From a virus (Duplodnaviria > Caudoviricetes), in the IMG/VR virus record IMGVR_UViG_3300042402_003952: DNA of 64,000 nt. One strand, given 5' to 3'. Under the pieces are notes generated by a model. The model was not told the origin of the DNA. It saw only the letters and a list, made by a program, of their open reading frames with translations, and searched no databases. Below, piece after piece: positions 27,687 through 36,301 of the stretch. A program made the position numbers and the translations under genes. Positions within the stretch are counted from its first letter, which is position 1; each line of letters opens with the position of its first letter.

Positions 27687-27839
27687 TGACAACAATGACT
27701 TACACTCCAATTCAATCGAACCTTCCTTATCTGAAGGTTCCCGAAAACCGATTGAATCTTGCATTTAATTGGTATAACAGGCAGAAAGATCATCCATTGA
27801 ACTTTCCCTGTTTTGCTTATTGGATTCAACTTTGTGAAA

Positions 27840-28040
27840 ATGATGGAACTGACTACTGAAACTATGATTGACACTGTTCTGACGATGGAAGAAATCCTGA
27901 CTGAAAAGCAACTGCTTTCTCTGCGGGACATTATTTACTTCTACAAAGAGTTTCAACTGGAACTCTACAATTATCCTCAAGAGGATACTCTTTTCACTAA
28001 AACTCAACGAGAACTGTTCGACATTTTCGATATCAAATGA
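27840..28040 (+). CDS. hypothetical protein
   Basis: MMELTTETMIDTVLTMEE... Confidence 0.6.
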   Translation: MMELTTETMIDTVLTMEEILTEKQLLSLRDIIYFYKEFQLELYNYPQEDTLFTKTQRELFDIFDIK

Positions 28041-28267
28041 CTTTCATTGAAGCACTCATTGCATCTGGTTATGTCTTTGATGATGAGGACTATGATGGTT
28101 GTTATGTAAAACAGGACTCGGAAGGTTTCATTCACTGTTATCAGGAAAATGTGGAGGATGAGACTGATAAGGAGTGGAATTATGTAAAAATGACTGATGA
28201 TTTTGATGTTATCATTGAAACAACGGTCTTTGATGATGACAACTGTGTTCCCTGTGCTACATTATGA
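28037..28267 (+). CDS. acidic hypothetical protein
   Basis: 76-aa coupled ORF. Confidence 0.6.
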   Translation: MTFIEALIASGYVFDDEDYDGCYVKQDSEGFIHCYQENVEDETDKEWNYVKMTDDFDVIIETTVFDDDNCVPCATL

Positions 28268-28473
28268 CTTCTATTTCTTTCACTTCTGGTGAGTTGCTTG
28301 ATATTATCAAAGCACTTGAGTATTATGAAGATGATGCTTATTTCAATCAGGAAGATGCACAACTTGCTTCTTATTACTTGAGTATGCAAAATCAATTTCA
28401 ACGCATTTATCAAAAGTTGCAAGAATTGCCTGGAGAGGATAGAGTTGCTAATCTTGTTCTTGCTGCAAACTAA
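28264..28473 (+). CDS. hypothetical protein
   Basis: 69-aa coupled ORF. Confidence 0.6.
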   Translation: MTSISFTSGELLDIIKALEYYEDDAYFNQEDAQLASYYLSMQNQFQRIYQKLQELPGEDRVANLVLAAN

Positions 28474-28655
28474 TGAAACCTAAATTCCGTGCCGTATTAG
28501 AAATGGCAATCGAGGAAGGTGTGAGGTATGGATACAACCGTGCATTTAAGCATAATCCAGAACCTCACATTGATTCGATAACTGATACTATTGTAACTGA
28601 AATCTTTAATTCACTCGACACTTGGTTTGATGATGTCAACTGCACTGAAAACTAA
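28473..28655 (+). CDS. hypothetical protein
   Basis: 60-aa coupled ORF. Confidence 0.6.
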   Translation: MKPKFRAVLEMAIEEGVRYGYNRAFKHNPEPHIDSITDTIVTEIFNSLDTWFDDVNCTEN

Positions 28656-29058
28656 AATGAATCCCGAAGTTAAGAAAAAGTGGATTGATGCTCTGCGTTC
28701 TGGTTGGTATGATCAAGGCAGTGAGAAACTCCGCAGTGTAACTGGTTATTGTTGCCTTGGTGTTCTCTGTGATTTGTATACACAAGAAACAAAACTGGTA
28801 GGTTGGGAGTTTCGAGGTGCATTTAAGGAAGAAAATACTCAACCAACTGATTATTGGTATTTTGACGGAGAGGGTGAGTTTCTGCCTGAATCTGTAAAAG
28901 AATGGGCAGGACTTCCTGTTGGTAATCCTAGTGTCCGAGTGGATGTAACCGACAATGATGATGAAGATGATTGGTTCTATACTGATGAGATTGCCAATCT
29001 GAACGATTCGGGTTATACTTTCGATGAACTTTCTAACTTGATTGAATCTCAATTCTGA
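28627..29058 (+). CDS. widespread phage hypothetical protein (W..ALRSG.Y.Q...CCLGVLC family)
   Basis: recognisable motif. Confidence 0.7.
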   Translation: MMMSTALKTKMNPEVKKKWIDALRSGWYDQGSEKLRSVTGYCCLGVLCDLYTQETKLVGWEFRGAFKEENTQPTDYWYFDGEGEFLPESVKEWAGLPVGNPSVRVDVTDNDDEDDWFYTDEIANLNDSGYTFDELSNLIESQF

Positions 29059-29076
29059 TGAGTCCAATGATGCGAT

Positions 29077-29133
29077 GTGCCACTTGTTCTAGTGGCACAC
29101 TAAAAGAGCACAGATCCCTAAATGTGGTATTGT
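29077..29133 (+). promoter_or_regulatory. early promoter element copy 13
   Basis: GTGCCAC-N8-GTGGCAC, 29 nt, TATTGT. Confidence 0.8.
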
Positions 29134-29180
29134 ATAGGAGTGGTGAGGGATGCCGCACCACATGCTCTTTATTTTTTGCA

Positions 29181-29513
29181 ACATTGGAACTGACTAATTC
29201 TTTCCCCTCTGTTGAGTCTGCTATCAACAAACTCAAGCAGTTTAATTATATTCAGTTTGGTGCTGATGTAATCAAGTTTGCTGCAACTTTCTCTGCTATT
29301 GTTGTTGCTGCAGTTTCCTATGGTTGGACCGCATTTCAACTTTGGTGGGATGATAATGGTGAAGCAACCCAAGTCAATTTCATTCGGTTTGTTGTAAATG
29401 TAATTGACTTTGTTGCTGCGATTGTGATTGCTATTCCCAAGATTTATCGTTGGGTGAAACTGAACACCAATCGCCTGGTTGATTCTCTGTTCTTTCAGTA
29501 CATTTTTGCTTGA
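29181..29513 (+). CDS. membrane protein (start uncertain, downstream of promoter)
   Basis: two hydrophobic helices; the listed 29058 start runs through the promoter. Confidence 0.5.
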   Translation, partial: TLELTNSFPSVESAINKLKQFNYIQFGADVIKFAATFSAIVVAAVSYGWTAFQLWWDDNGEATQVNFIRFVVNVIDFVAAIVIAIPKIYRWVKLNTNRLVDSLFFQYIFA

Positions 29514-29560
29514 TTAAGCGTTCCATTTGAGAACGTTTTTTTACCTCACACCACAACAAA

Positions 29561-30139
29561 ATGAACAATCTAGATCTGATCATTGAGGCATATAATTCTG
29601 AAGTTGAAACTATCCCACAAATTCACAAAGAAGAAGGTGGCGGGAAAGCAAGGAACGCATCTGGAGTTCTTTTTGAGAATTTTACCCACAGGATTTGTTC
29701 AGATAATGGTCTTGTAGCAAAAAAGAATGATTATAAAAAAAGTAAAGAAGTACTTGGATTTGCTGTAAATAATCTTCAAGTAGATAAACACATTTATAAA
29801 AACAAAGAACTCAAAAAACTTTTAGAATTGAAGGCATATCTAGATTCTTGTTATTTGAAGCGTGCTGTGCTAGACTTTATTGAACTTTGTGAATCTCCTG
29901 ATGTTCCAAATGAAGTTGACTGTGCGATTCTATGTGGACAAGAATGTGTATCAAAGGATACTCTAAACTACTATACTGCTTATTTTAAGAGTAAAACAAA
30001 TAAAGATTTGAATATTTTTGTTGTCAATAAAGTTAAAAAACGCAACGCAAGCAAAGCGATATATATGGAACAATATATTGATGACTTTCAACTTGATATT
30101 GATGAAGTAAATAAATTTGTTGAGTGGTTAAATAAATGA
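29561..30139 (+). CDS. putative PD-(D/E)xK restriction-type endonuclease
   Basis: G..FE, QVD, LELK pattern; ATGA-coupled to an MTase. Confidence 0.5.
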   Translation: MNNLDLIIEAYNSEVETIPQIHKEEGGGKARNASGVLFENFTHRICSDNGLVAKKNDYKKSKEVLGFAVNNLQVDKHIYKNKELKKLLELKAYLDSCYLKRAVLDFIELCESPDVPNEVDCAILCGQECVSKDTLNYYTAYFKSKTNKDLNIFVVNKVKKRNASKAIYMEQYIDDFQLDIDEVNKFVEWLNK

Positions 30140-30933
30140 ATCAATTATACAATGATGATATGTTTTCTGTAATGGAAAATCTTTCAGATAACAGTATAGA
30201 CCTATTACTTACAGATTTTCCTTATGGAACTTTGAATAAAAGAAATCAATGGGATAATATAATTGATTATCCAAAGTTTTGGGATATTGCAAATAGAATC
30301 TGTAAACCATCTTGTCCAATAATTTCAACTGCTGCACAACCATTTACGACTGTTTTAATTTCTTCCAACTATAAAGACTTTAAGTACTGTATGGTTTGGG
30401 AAAAATCAAAAGCAACTGGTTATCTAAACGCAAAAAAACAACCCTTACGTGCCCACGAAGATATTGTGGTGTTTTACAAGAAACAACCAACTTACAATCC
30501 TCAAATGACACAGGGAACTCCTTATGATAAAGGAACTGCAGTCAGAGATACAGAATCTTATGGTGTTCAGACGAAAGAAGTTCACGTTAAAAATGATTCT
30601 GGATTGAGATACCCAAGAAGTGTAATTTATTTCAAAACAGCAGAAAGTGAAGGTAAGTATCACCCAACACAAAAACCTATTTCTCTTTATCAGTGGTTGA
30701 TTAAAACATTTTCAAATGAAAATGATGTTGTTCTCGATCCTTGTATGGGAAGTGGAACTACAGGAGTTGCTTGTAAAATTGAAAATAGAAAGTTTATAGG
30801 AATCGAAAAAGAGCAAAATTACTATAACATTGCTGCGGAAAGAATTAACAATACGATTGTGGGTGTGCCAGTCCAGCAAGTGGCACACTACACCCCCCAA
30901 ACGCCCCTGCTGGATGCTATGATTACGAAGTAA
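30136..30933 (+). CDS. beta-class N6-A/N4-C DNA methyltransferase
   Basis: motif IV TDFPY near N-terminus, HPTQKP, motif I DPCMGSGTTG. Confidence 0.9.
   Translation: MNQLYNDDMFSVMENLSDNSIDLLLTDFPYGTLNKRNQWDNIIDYPKFWDIANRICKPSCPIISTAAQPFTTVLISSNYKDFKYCMVWEKSKATGYLNAKKQPLRAHEDIVVFYKKQPTYNPQMTQGTPYDKGTAVRDTESYGVQTKEVHVKNDSGLRYPRSVIYFKTAESEGKYHPTQKPISLYQWLIKTFSNENDVVLDPCMGSGTTGVACKIENRKFIGIEKEQNYYNIAAERINNTIVGVPVQQVAHYTPQTPLLDAMITK
30865..30923 (+). promoter_or_regulatory. early promoter element copy 14 (inside MTase 3' end)
   Basis: GTGCCA-N10-TGGCAC, 31 nt, TATGAT. Confidence 0.8.
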
Positions 30934-30939
30934 TCAAGG

Positions 30940-31347
30940 TTGAGAGACCCAATGACTGCTACTCAAGTGGAACTGAAAACTGAAACTCAAGAACTGATTT
31001 CTGAACTTGTTGAAGATTCCTATGCTGTAGATGACATTTATGAGTTCATTGCGGAATATGGTGAGAGCAACTTTGTTGAGCATTATGAAAACTATGTTCA
31101 ATTTGGTGAATCTTACGCTTATGAAGCAGTAGATGTTTTCATTGAAGAGTTTGGTATTGATAATCTCCAATCCTTTGAAGATTCTTATCGCGGTGTGTGG
31201 GAGTCCAAAGAACACTATGCAGAAAACTTTGTGACTGATTGTTATTCTATTGACAATCCTGGTTTTATTGAGATTGATTGGGAGGCAACTTTCGATAATC
31301 TTGATTGCACCTATGTTGATGGTTTTGTTTTTGATAACCAATTCTGA
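30940..31347 (+). CDS. ArdA-like acidic antirestriction (DNA mimic) protein
   Basis: very acidic; FEDSYRGVWES.EHYAE...IDWE resembles the ArdA C-terminal motif. Confidence 0.6.
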   Translation: MRDPMTATQVELKTETQELISELVEDSYAVDDIYEFIAEYGESNFVEHYENYVQFGESYAYEAVDVFIEEFGIDNLQSFEDSYRGVWESKEHYAENFVTDCYSIDNPGFIEIDWEATFDNLDCTYVDGFVFDNQF

Positions 31348-31592
31348 TGCGACTTCAATCTAAAGATGGAAATATGGTGGTAGATTTCTACCCCATCAAA
31401 ACTCCAATGGGTGATGTATCTAAAGAGTGGTATCTAAAGATTCTCACTTTTATGGGCAAATCTCAATCCAAGAAGTTTCTCAATCGAATTGAGATGAATC
31501 TTGAGATTGAAGAATATCTTAACAACATTCCTATTCCCTATGATGTTGTTAAGTTCAATACTATTCCACAACTTGCTAATCCTTTTGAATGA
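31347..31592 (+). CDS. hypothetical protein
   Basis: 81-aa coupled ORF. Confidence 0.65.
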   Translation: MRLQSKDGNMVVDFYPIKTPMGDVSKEWYLKILTFMGKSQSKKFLNRIEMNLEIEEYLNNIPIPYDVVKFNTIPQLANPFE

Positions 31593-32002
31593 GTACTCGC
31601 TCTAGAATTGGTCTTGAACTGAAGAATAAAAGTATTCTTTCTGTCTATCATCATTGGGATGGTTATCCTGAATGGTTAGGTCGGATTCTAAAGACTCACT
31701 ACAACACTAGAGAGAAAGTTGCAGAACTGATTGATGGTGGTGATATGAGTTCTTGCTGGACTGATTCACGTTGGGATGATAGTGCTGATGGTTCTTATGG
31801 ACCACAATACTATTCTCAACGTGGAGATAATTGTCCTCCACGTCTTGATGCTGATCTCTGTGAGTATCTACTTCCAGAGGATAGTGAAGAGTACTCCTAT
31901 CTCTTCCGAAATGGTGAATGGGTATGTTATAGTATGAATCAGTTTGATGATTCTAAACTACCCAAAATTGTTGAAATTCCTTCTGCTCCTCTTTTTGTTT
32001 GA
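31589..32002 (+). CDS. widespread phage hypothetical protein (MSTR..I...Y.H.DGYP family)
   Basis: recognisable motif. Confidence 0.7.
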   Translation: MSTRSRIGLELKNKSILSVYHHWDGYPEWLGRILKTHYNTREKVAELIDGGDMSSCWTDSRWDDSADGSYGPQYYSQRGDNCPPRLDADLCEYLLPEDSEEYSYLFRNGEWVCYSMNQFDDSKLPKIVEIPSAPLFV

Positions 32003-32190
32003 TTATGTCTGAAATTAACCGCGACCAACTTGTTCAAGAATACATTGACCGTGTTCTTGATAATATGAGCACCAAGGATTTGATGCGAATTGTTGGAGAC
32101 CAACTGGAAGAGAATCTTTCTGCTTACACTGATGAAGAATTGATTGCTGAAGTTACAGATTATTATCCTGAACTTCTGGAATCTGCCTGA
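31999..32190 (+). CDS. hypothetical protein
   Basis: 63-aa ORF. Confidence 0.6.
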   Translation: MIMSEINRDQLVQEYIDRVLDNMSTKDLMRIVGDQLEENLSAYTDEELIAEVTDYYPELLESA

Positions 32191-32237
32191 TTCTCAACAG
32201 TTTCAGATGGACCGTCGATGAGACTGCGGCGGATGAC

Positions 32238-32369
32238 CTAGGGCACCTGTGACGCCAAATTGCAGGTTTTTGGGTTTTTGATGCTTCCCAAACCCCTTGC
32301 GCCGCAAGGGTTCTCGTTTGGGACTCAAATGAGTCTAGGTGCCCCTGGTGCCTTCTGCCCAAACCCTAG
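32238..32369. other. GC-rich multi-palindromic intergenic element
   Basis: nested/alternative inverted repeats, see findings. Confidence 0.7.
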
Positions 32370-32373
32370 CACT

Positions 32374-32430
32374 GTGCCAGTTGGGGGACTGACCACTAAA
32401 CCCCCTGCTGGGTCGGTTCCGTGGTATTGT
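32374..32430 (+). promoter_or_regulatory. early promoter element copy 15
   Basis: GTGCCA-N10-TGACCA, 29 nt, TATTGT. Confidence 0.75.
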
Positions 32431-32493
32431 ATATGGGTGGTGAGGGAAGGGCAACCAACTCACCCCACAAACGTCAAACTAAATCAAACTAAA

Positions 32494-32691
32494 ATGTCTG
32501 TTGATTTCTCTAAAGATGTGATGCTCGGTATGCTCCGCAAGGGTGCTACTGGTAATCAGATTCTGGACATTCTTGATGTGATTGTTCCTGATCAAACTGA
32601 ACTCACCCGTGAGCAAGTTTGTGAAGATCTTGCGATTGCTGACTGTCCCGAGAATGATGATGAGATTGAAGCATACCTTGCTGCAGTCTGA
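32494..32691 (+). CDS. hypothetical protein (true start 32494)
   Basis: MSVDFSKDVMLGML, downstream of promoter and leader hairpin. Confidence 0.65.
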   Translation: MSVDFSKDVMLGMLRKGATGNQILDILDVIVPDQTELTREQVCEDLAIADCPENDDEIEAYLAAV

Positions 32692-32702
32692 GTTTTAATT
32701 TT

Positions 32703-32723
32703 GGGGGGAGATTATTCTCCCCT
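32703..32723 (+). terminator. hairpin between CDS and tRNA
   Basis: GGGGAGA-TTAT-TCTCCCC. Confidence 0.5.
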
Positions 32724-32729
32724 CTGTGG

Positions 32730-32801
32730 GGCAATGTAGTTCAGTGGTAGAACAAGAGATTCATACCCTCTACGTCGGTGGTTCGATTCCACCCATTGCT
32801 A
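32730..32801 (+). tRNA. tRNA with CAU anticodon (elongator Met or Ile2)
   Basis: acceptor GGCAATG/CATTGCT; D stem GTTC/GAAC; loop TTCATAC; T stem GGTGG/CCACC; lacks initiator features. Confidence 0.88.
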
Positions 32802-32817
32802 CTCTATTCCTTTATTC

Positions 32818-33012
32818 TTGACTTCAATGTTCATTGCTTGTCCTGTTACATTCATTCTTGAAGATGCAGAATGGTTTGATGATGTTTTTGAAGCAACGGA
32901 ATCTGCACTTGATTGGAGTGTGGAACTCTCAGGAGAAAATGTGATTGTTTATGAAGCAATCGAAGGAAATTATGGTTATGATTTCAAACCACTTTCTTCA
33001 ATTTCTGCCTAA
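32818..33012 (+). CDS. hypothetical protein
   Basis: 64-aa ORF. Confidence 0.6.
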   Translation: MTSMFIACPVTFILEDAEWFDDVFEATESALDWSVELSGENVIVYEAIEGNYGYDFKPLSSISA

Positions 33013-33039
33013 TTTCACTCACTCACTCACTAAACTTAA

Positions 33040-33249
33040 ATGAAAGTCAAAGTTAATTCAATCGAAATTGATTTCACTGATGATGTTTGTGATTGTCCCC
33101 CTGATATGAATTATCAAAAAGGACTGATTCAATCTGTTCTTGATAGTGAGTGGATTGTTGATGATGAAGAGGAAATTGTAGATATGATTAGTGATGAAAT
33201 TGGTTGGTGCATCTATAAAATAGATTACACAACTTCACCTGAAAACTGA
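33040..33249 (+). CDS. acidic hypothetical protein
   Basis: 69-aa ORF. Confidence 0.6.
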   Translation: MKVKVNSIEIDFTDDVCDCPPDMNYQKGLIQSVLDSEWIVDDEEEIVDMISDEIGWCIYKIDYTTSPEN

Positions 33250-33274
33250 AAGAGCAAGCGAGGCACTACAAATT

Positions 33275-33595
33275 ATGAATCGTCAAATCATCAACTATCC
33301 TGAAACTCAAGAAGAATGGAATAATCTTCCTCAAGATTTTCTTGATTATCTTGATGTTTTGGATGAGGTAAAGAGTATCAAAGCAGAGCATTCAAATAAT
33401 CCGGTAGATCCACTTTATCCTAATTATGATTATGAGTGGGAACTTGATAGCAAACTTGCATTGGAGACTATTCTTTATTATTGGAATCAAGTCGATAAAG
33501 AACTTCCTTCTAACGATGAAATTCTTGATGGAATCAATGAAGGATACGCAGAGGCAGCATATGATGATTATGTAAGTTCTGCTTATTCTTATTGA
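33275..33595 (+). CDS. acidic hypothetical protein
   Basis: 106-aa ORF. Confidence 0.65.
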   Translation: MNRQIINYPETQEEWNNLPQDFLDYLDVLDEVKSIKAEHSNNPVDPLYPNYDYEWELDSKLALETILYYWNQVDKELPSNDEILDGINEGYAEAAYDDYVSSAYSY

Positions 33596-33599
33596 TGAT

Positions 33600-33656
33600 G
33601 TGCCACTTGTAGGGGTGGCACACTAAACGGGCACTGGAACTTTTTTCTGGTAGATT
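33600..33656 (+). promoter_or_regulatory. early promoter element copy 16
   Basis: GTGCCAC-N8-GTGGCAC, 29 nt, TAGATT. Confidence 0.8.
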
Positions 33657-33708
33657 AAGAGGGTGGAAGGGGTCAGTCCCACCCGAGTCCAATTCTTTAC
33701 TTCTTGTT

Positions 33709-34383
33709 ATGGATCGTTCGCAAGTTATCGCAAAGATTCAATCCATTCTGAAACTGCAGAATGGTACTGACTTTGAGGGTGAAGCATCTGCTGCTGCCCG
33801 AATGATTGATAAACTGTGCAAACAGTATGGAATCACTGTAAGCGAAGCAACTGAAACTCAAGTTCTTGATGAAGAGTTTGTTTCTTTCAAAAGAATCAAT
33901 GTTGCTCTTTCTACTCTTGCCAATGCGATTGCAACGTTCTATGATGCAAAAGCATATCTGAAGAATGGAGATACAAAGTCTCTTCAAATCATTGGTAGTG
34001 AAGCACAACAAATCCAAGTGCGACTCTATTATGATTACCTTGTTCAGGTGATGGAGAAAGAGGCAGAAGTTGCACATAAAGCAGAGAAAATCCTTTGCTC
34101 TCTGCGTGGTGATTCTGTTTCCCGTTCTTTCAAACTTAATTTCCGCAAGGCATTTGCAGATAAAGTTGCAGAACGTCTGAAGGAAATGAAACTGGCAGAG
34201 AACCGAGTTCATGATGATGCCGAAGCAGTGAGTAATAAACTCTCCACAATGCGATTTGGACGTGCCAAGAAGATGAATGGTGCAAACGGTGCTGGTGCTT
34301 ATTCTGGCGCAAACGTAGGTGCTGGTGTTTCTTTGAACCGTCAAGCATCTGGTTCTGTGACCAAACAACTCTGTGGGGTGTGA
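33709..34383 (+). CDS. DUF2786-domain protein
   Basis: N-terminal KIQSILKL....EGEA.AA...I.KL..QYGI. Confidence 0.7.
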   Translation: MDRSQVIAKIQSILKLQNGTDFEGEASAAARMIDKLCKQYGITVSEATETQVLDEEFVSFKRINVALSTLANAIATFYDAKAYLKNGDTKSLQIIGSEAQQIQVRLYYDYLVQVMEKEAEVAHKAEKILCSLRGDSVSRSFKLNFRKAFADKVAERLKEMKLAENRVHDDAEAVSNKLSTMRFGRAKKMNGANGAGAYSGANVGAGVSLNRQASGSVTKQLCGV

Positions 34384-34420
34384 GTTAATCACCCCTTTCT
34401 TTTCCTTTATTCTTGATACA

Positions 34421-34750
34421 ATGAACGCACAACTTTCGATTGATGAATGCAAAGTGATGTGGGTTGTTGGTGCCCTCGAACGTCTTGCAACTTTGGGTAT
34501 GATTGGACCTGATATTCCATTGCAACTGTCTGTTGATGCAGTGGAAGATTATATGGAGATTGATAATCACCGAAATCTGCTGTTTGAATCAGACTTTGAG
34601 ATTGTGAGTATTTTTAATGCACTTTCAAAAGATGAGTGTGTTCCTGAACCTGAACCTGAAGATGTTGATGCGATTGTAGATTTGATTTTGCAATATAAGA
34701 ACAATCGCACAGAGATTGTGAAGTTTGCACTGTCGCATCAGACTGTGTGA
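34421..34750 (+). CDS. hypothetical protein
   Basis: MNAQLSIDEC start. Confidence 0.6.
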   Translation: MNAQLSIDECKVMWVVGALERLATLGMIGPDIPLQLSVDAVEDYMEIDNHRNLLFESDFEIVSIFNALSKDECVPEPEPEDVDAIVDLILQYKNNRTEIVKFALSHQTV

Positions 34751-34765
34751 GTCCAATGATGCGAT

Positions 34766-34822
34766 GTGCCAGTTGTAGCAGTGGCACACTAAACGGGCAC
34801 TGGAACTTTTTTCTGGTAGATT
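34766..34822 (+). promoter_or_regulatory. early promoter element copy 17
   Basis: GTGCCA-N10-TGGCAC, 29 nt, TAGATT; downstream part identical to copy 16. Confidence 0.8.
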
Positions 34823-34884
34823 AAGAGGGTGGAGGGAGCGGGTCTCACCGTCCCACCCAAGTCCCATTCTTTATTTGAATTAAG

Positions 34885-35463
34885 ATGACTTCTTTCATTG
34901 TTGAAAAGCAAGGCGAAGAGATTGCTTTTGATAGCAAGTTTGAGTCTCTGAATGATGCAAAAGCATATATCAAAGATAAACTGAACTATAATAATTTCGC
35001 AATGAATCTGGTTGAGAAGAAGAAAGTGTCTGAAAAGCAAATTGCTTGGATGCACTATCTTGCAACTCAAAGTGTGATTGATTCTCAAACTCCTGTTGAG
35101 AATGGTGAGTATATCAATCTGGTGGAGAAAATGTATGATGCAGGTGCAAACCGTCGCACCAAGTTTCAAGTGCGACTGCCTGGTATTACTCTCTCCACTG
35201 TGAATAAGGGTGCAAATATCGGTTGTGTTTATGTTTTTGAGAACAACCAATATGTTGGTAAGATTACTCAAAACGGTGAGTTGAAAGGTAATGTCTCCGA
35301 AGATGTTAAAAATCTGCTAGAGGACGCTAATGACAATCTCCTGCAACTGGCAAAGATTTATGGGCACGAGACTGGTTCTTGCTCTATTTGCGGTCGCACT
35401 CTGAATGACCCTCTCTCTGTACAGATGGGAATTGGTCCTGTTTGTGAAAAGCGCCTTGCCTAG
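34885..35463 (+). CDS. protein with C-terminal DUF6011-like zinc finger
   Basis: GSCSICGRTLNDP.S...GIGPVC. Confidence 0.75.
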   Translation: MTSFIVEKQGEEIAFDSKFESLNDAKAYIKDKLNYNNFAMNLVEKKKVSEKQIAWMHYLATQSVIDSQTPVENGEYINLVEKMYDAGANRRTKFQVRLPGITLSTVNKGANIGCVYVFENNQYVGKITQNGELKGNVSEDVKNLLEDANDNLLQLAKIYGHETGSCSICGRTLNDPLSVQMGIGPVCEKRLA

Positions 35464-35499
35464 TTTCTAATTCATCTGTCCCACATAACAACAACTCCA

Positions 35500-35748
35500 A
35501 TGTTCGATCAACTCCAATTCGAAGCACACCCTATTCCTGGTGCAATTCAAGCAAGGTATAAGTTCAGCAATGAATGGAGTATTTCTGTTGTTTCTGGACT
35601 TCCTGGAAGTGGATTATATGGTAATGTGACGGATAATACATATGAAGTTGCAATCTTTCGACCCAATGGAAATATGACTGAAGATGTAATTGCTTGGAAT
35701 ACAAAAGCAGAAGTTTCTGCAATGATGAAAGTACTGGTTCAACTCTAG
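35500..35748 (+). CDS. widespread phage hypothetical protein
   Basis: F.N.W.ISVV...G.YG.....YEVAI. Confidence 0.65.
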   Translation: MFDQLQFEAHPIPGAIQARYKFSNEWSISVVSGLPGSGLYGNVTDNTYEVAIFRPNGNMTEDVIAWNTKAEVSAMMKVLVQL

Positions 35749-35780
35749 TCTTTCGACCAATTCACAATACACTTTCAAAA

Positions 35781-35963
35781 ATGACTAAAACTGAAACAAT
35801 CAAATTTTTCATCAAACAAATTGAAGGTGATTTAGAAGACCTGTCTTGGCAGATTCGAGAGGAGACAAATTATGAAGATAATTCTGTTGATGATTTGAGT
35901 GAAGAATATGATGAGAAGAAAGAACATCTAGAGAATCTCAAAATCATTCTTTCTCAACTCTGA
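35781..35963 (+). CDS. hypothetical coiled-coil protein
   Basis: MTKTETIKFF start. Confidence 0.55.
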   Translation: MTKTETIKFFIKQIEGDLEDLSWQIREETNYEDNSVDDLSEEYDEKKEHLENLKIILSQL

Positions 35964-35988
35964 CCTAAATTAACAAAAGGAAAAACCA

Positions 35989-36219
35989 ATGTCTAAAACA
36001 CAACGCAAAGGTAATTCTTCTGATTATTACCCATACCGCCGACCAAAGACATTTAATGAAATCAAGCAACTTGAAACTTTACTCCACGATAATGAGGTAG
36101 AACTTCGGAATAGGGATAAGGCAAAGATTCATAATCTTCCCACTGTTTATGATGACATTGTAAAGAGTGGATATTATGAGGATTATGATTGGAAGCATCA
36201 TTGGGATAAAGTATCATAG
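35989..36219 (+). CDS. hypothetical protein
   Basis: 76 aa, AAGGA SD. Confidence 0.65.
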   Translation: MSKTQRKGNSSDYYPYRRPKTFNEIKQLETLLHDNEVELRNRDKAKIHNLPTVYDDIVKSGYYEDYDWKHHWDKVS

Positions 36220-36244
36220 TCTCAAGGTGAGTCTCTGATACCAT

Positions 36245-36301
36245 GTGCCACCTGTAGCGCTGGCACACTAAAAGAGCACGGTGCTCAAAAGGTGCTATAT
36301 T
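36245..36301 (+). promoter_or_regulatory. early promoter element copy 18
   Basis: GTGCCA-N10-TGGCAC, 29 nt, TATATT. Confidence 0.8.

Noticed and set aside
29058-29180. Listed start of ORF 29058..29513
   Set aside because: It overlaps promoter copy 13; the real start must be downstream
32260-32493. N-terminal extension of ORF 32260..32691
   Set aside because: It runs through the palindromic element and promoter copy 15; ATG 32494 fits the cassette pattern
33697-34452. 251-aa minus-strand ORF (and similar ones such as 17331..17867, 26663..27151, 13779..14258, 61651..61974)
   Set aside because: Antisense shadows of well-supported + strand genes, with no recognisable motifs or expression signals
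1465-36301. TGGCAC half-sites as sigma54 (-24/-12) promoters
   Set aside because: No TTGC at the required spacing, sigma70-type -10 boxes are present, and cyanobacteria lack sigma54
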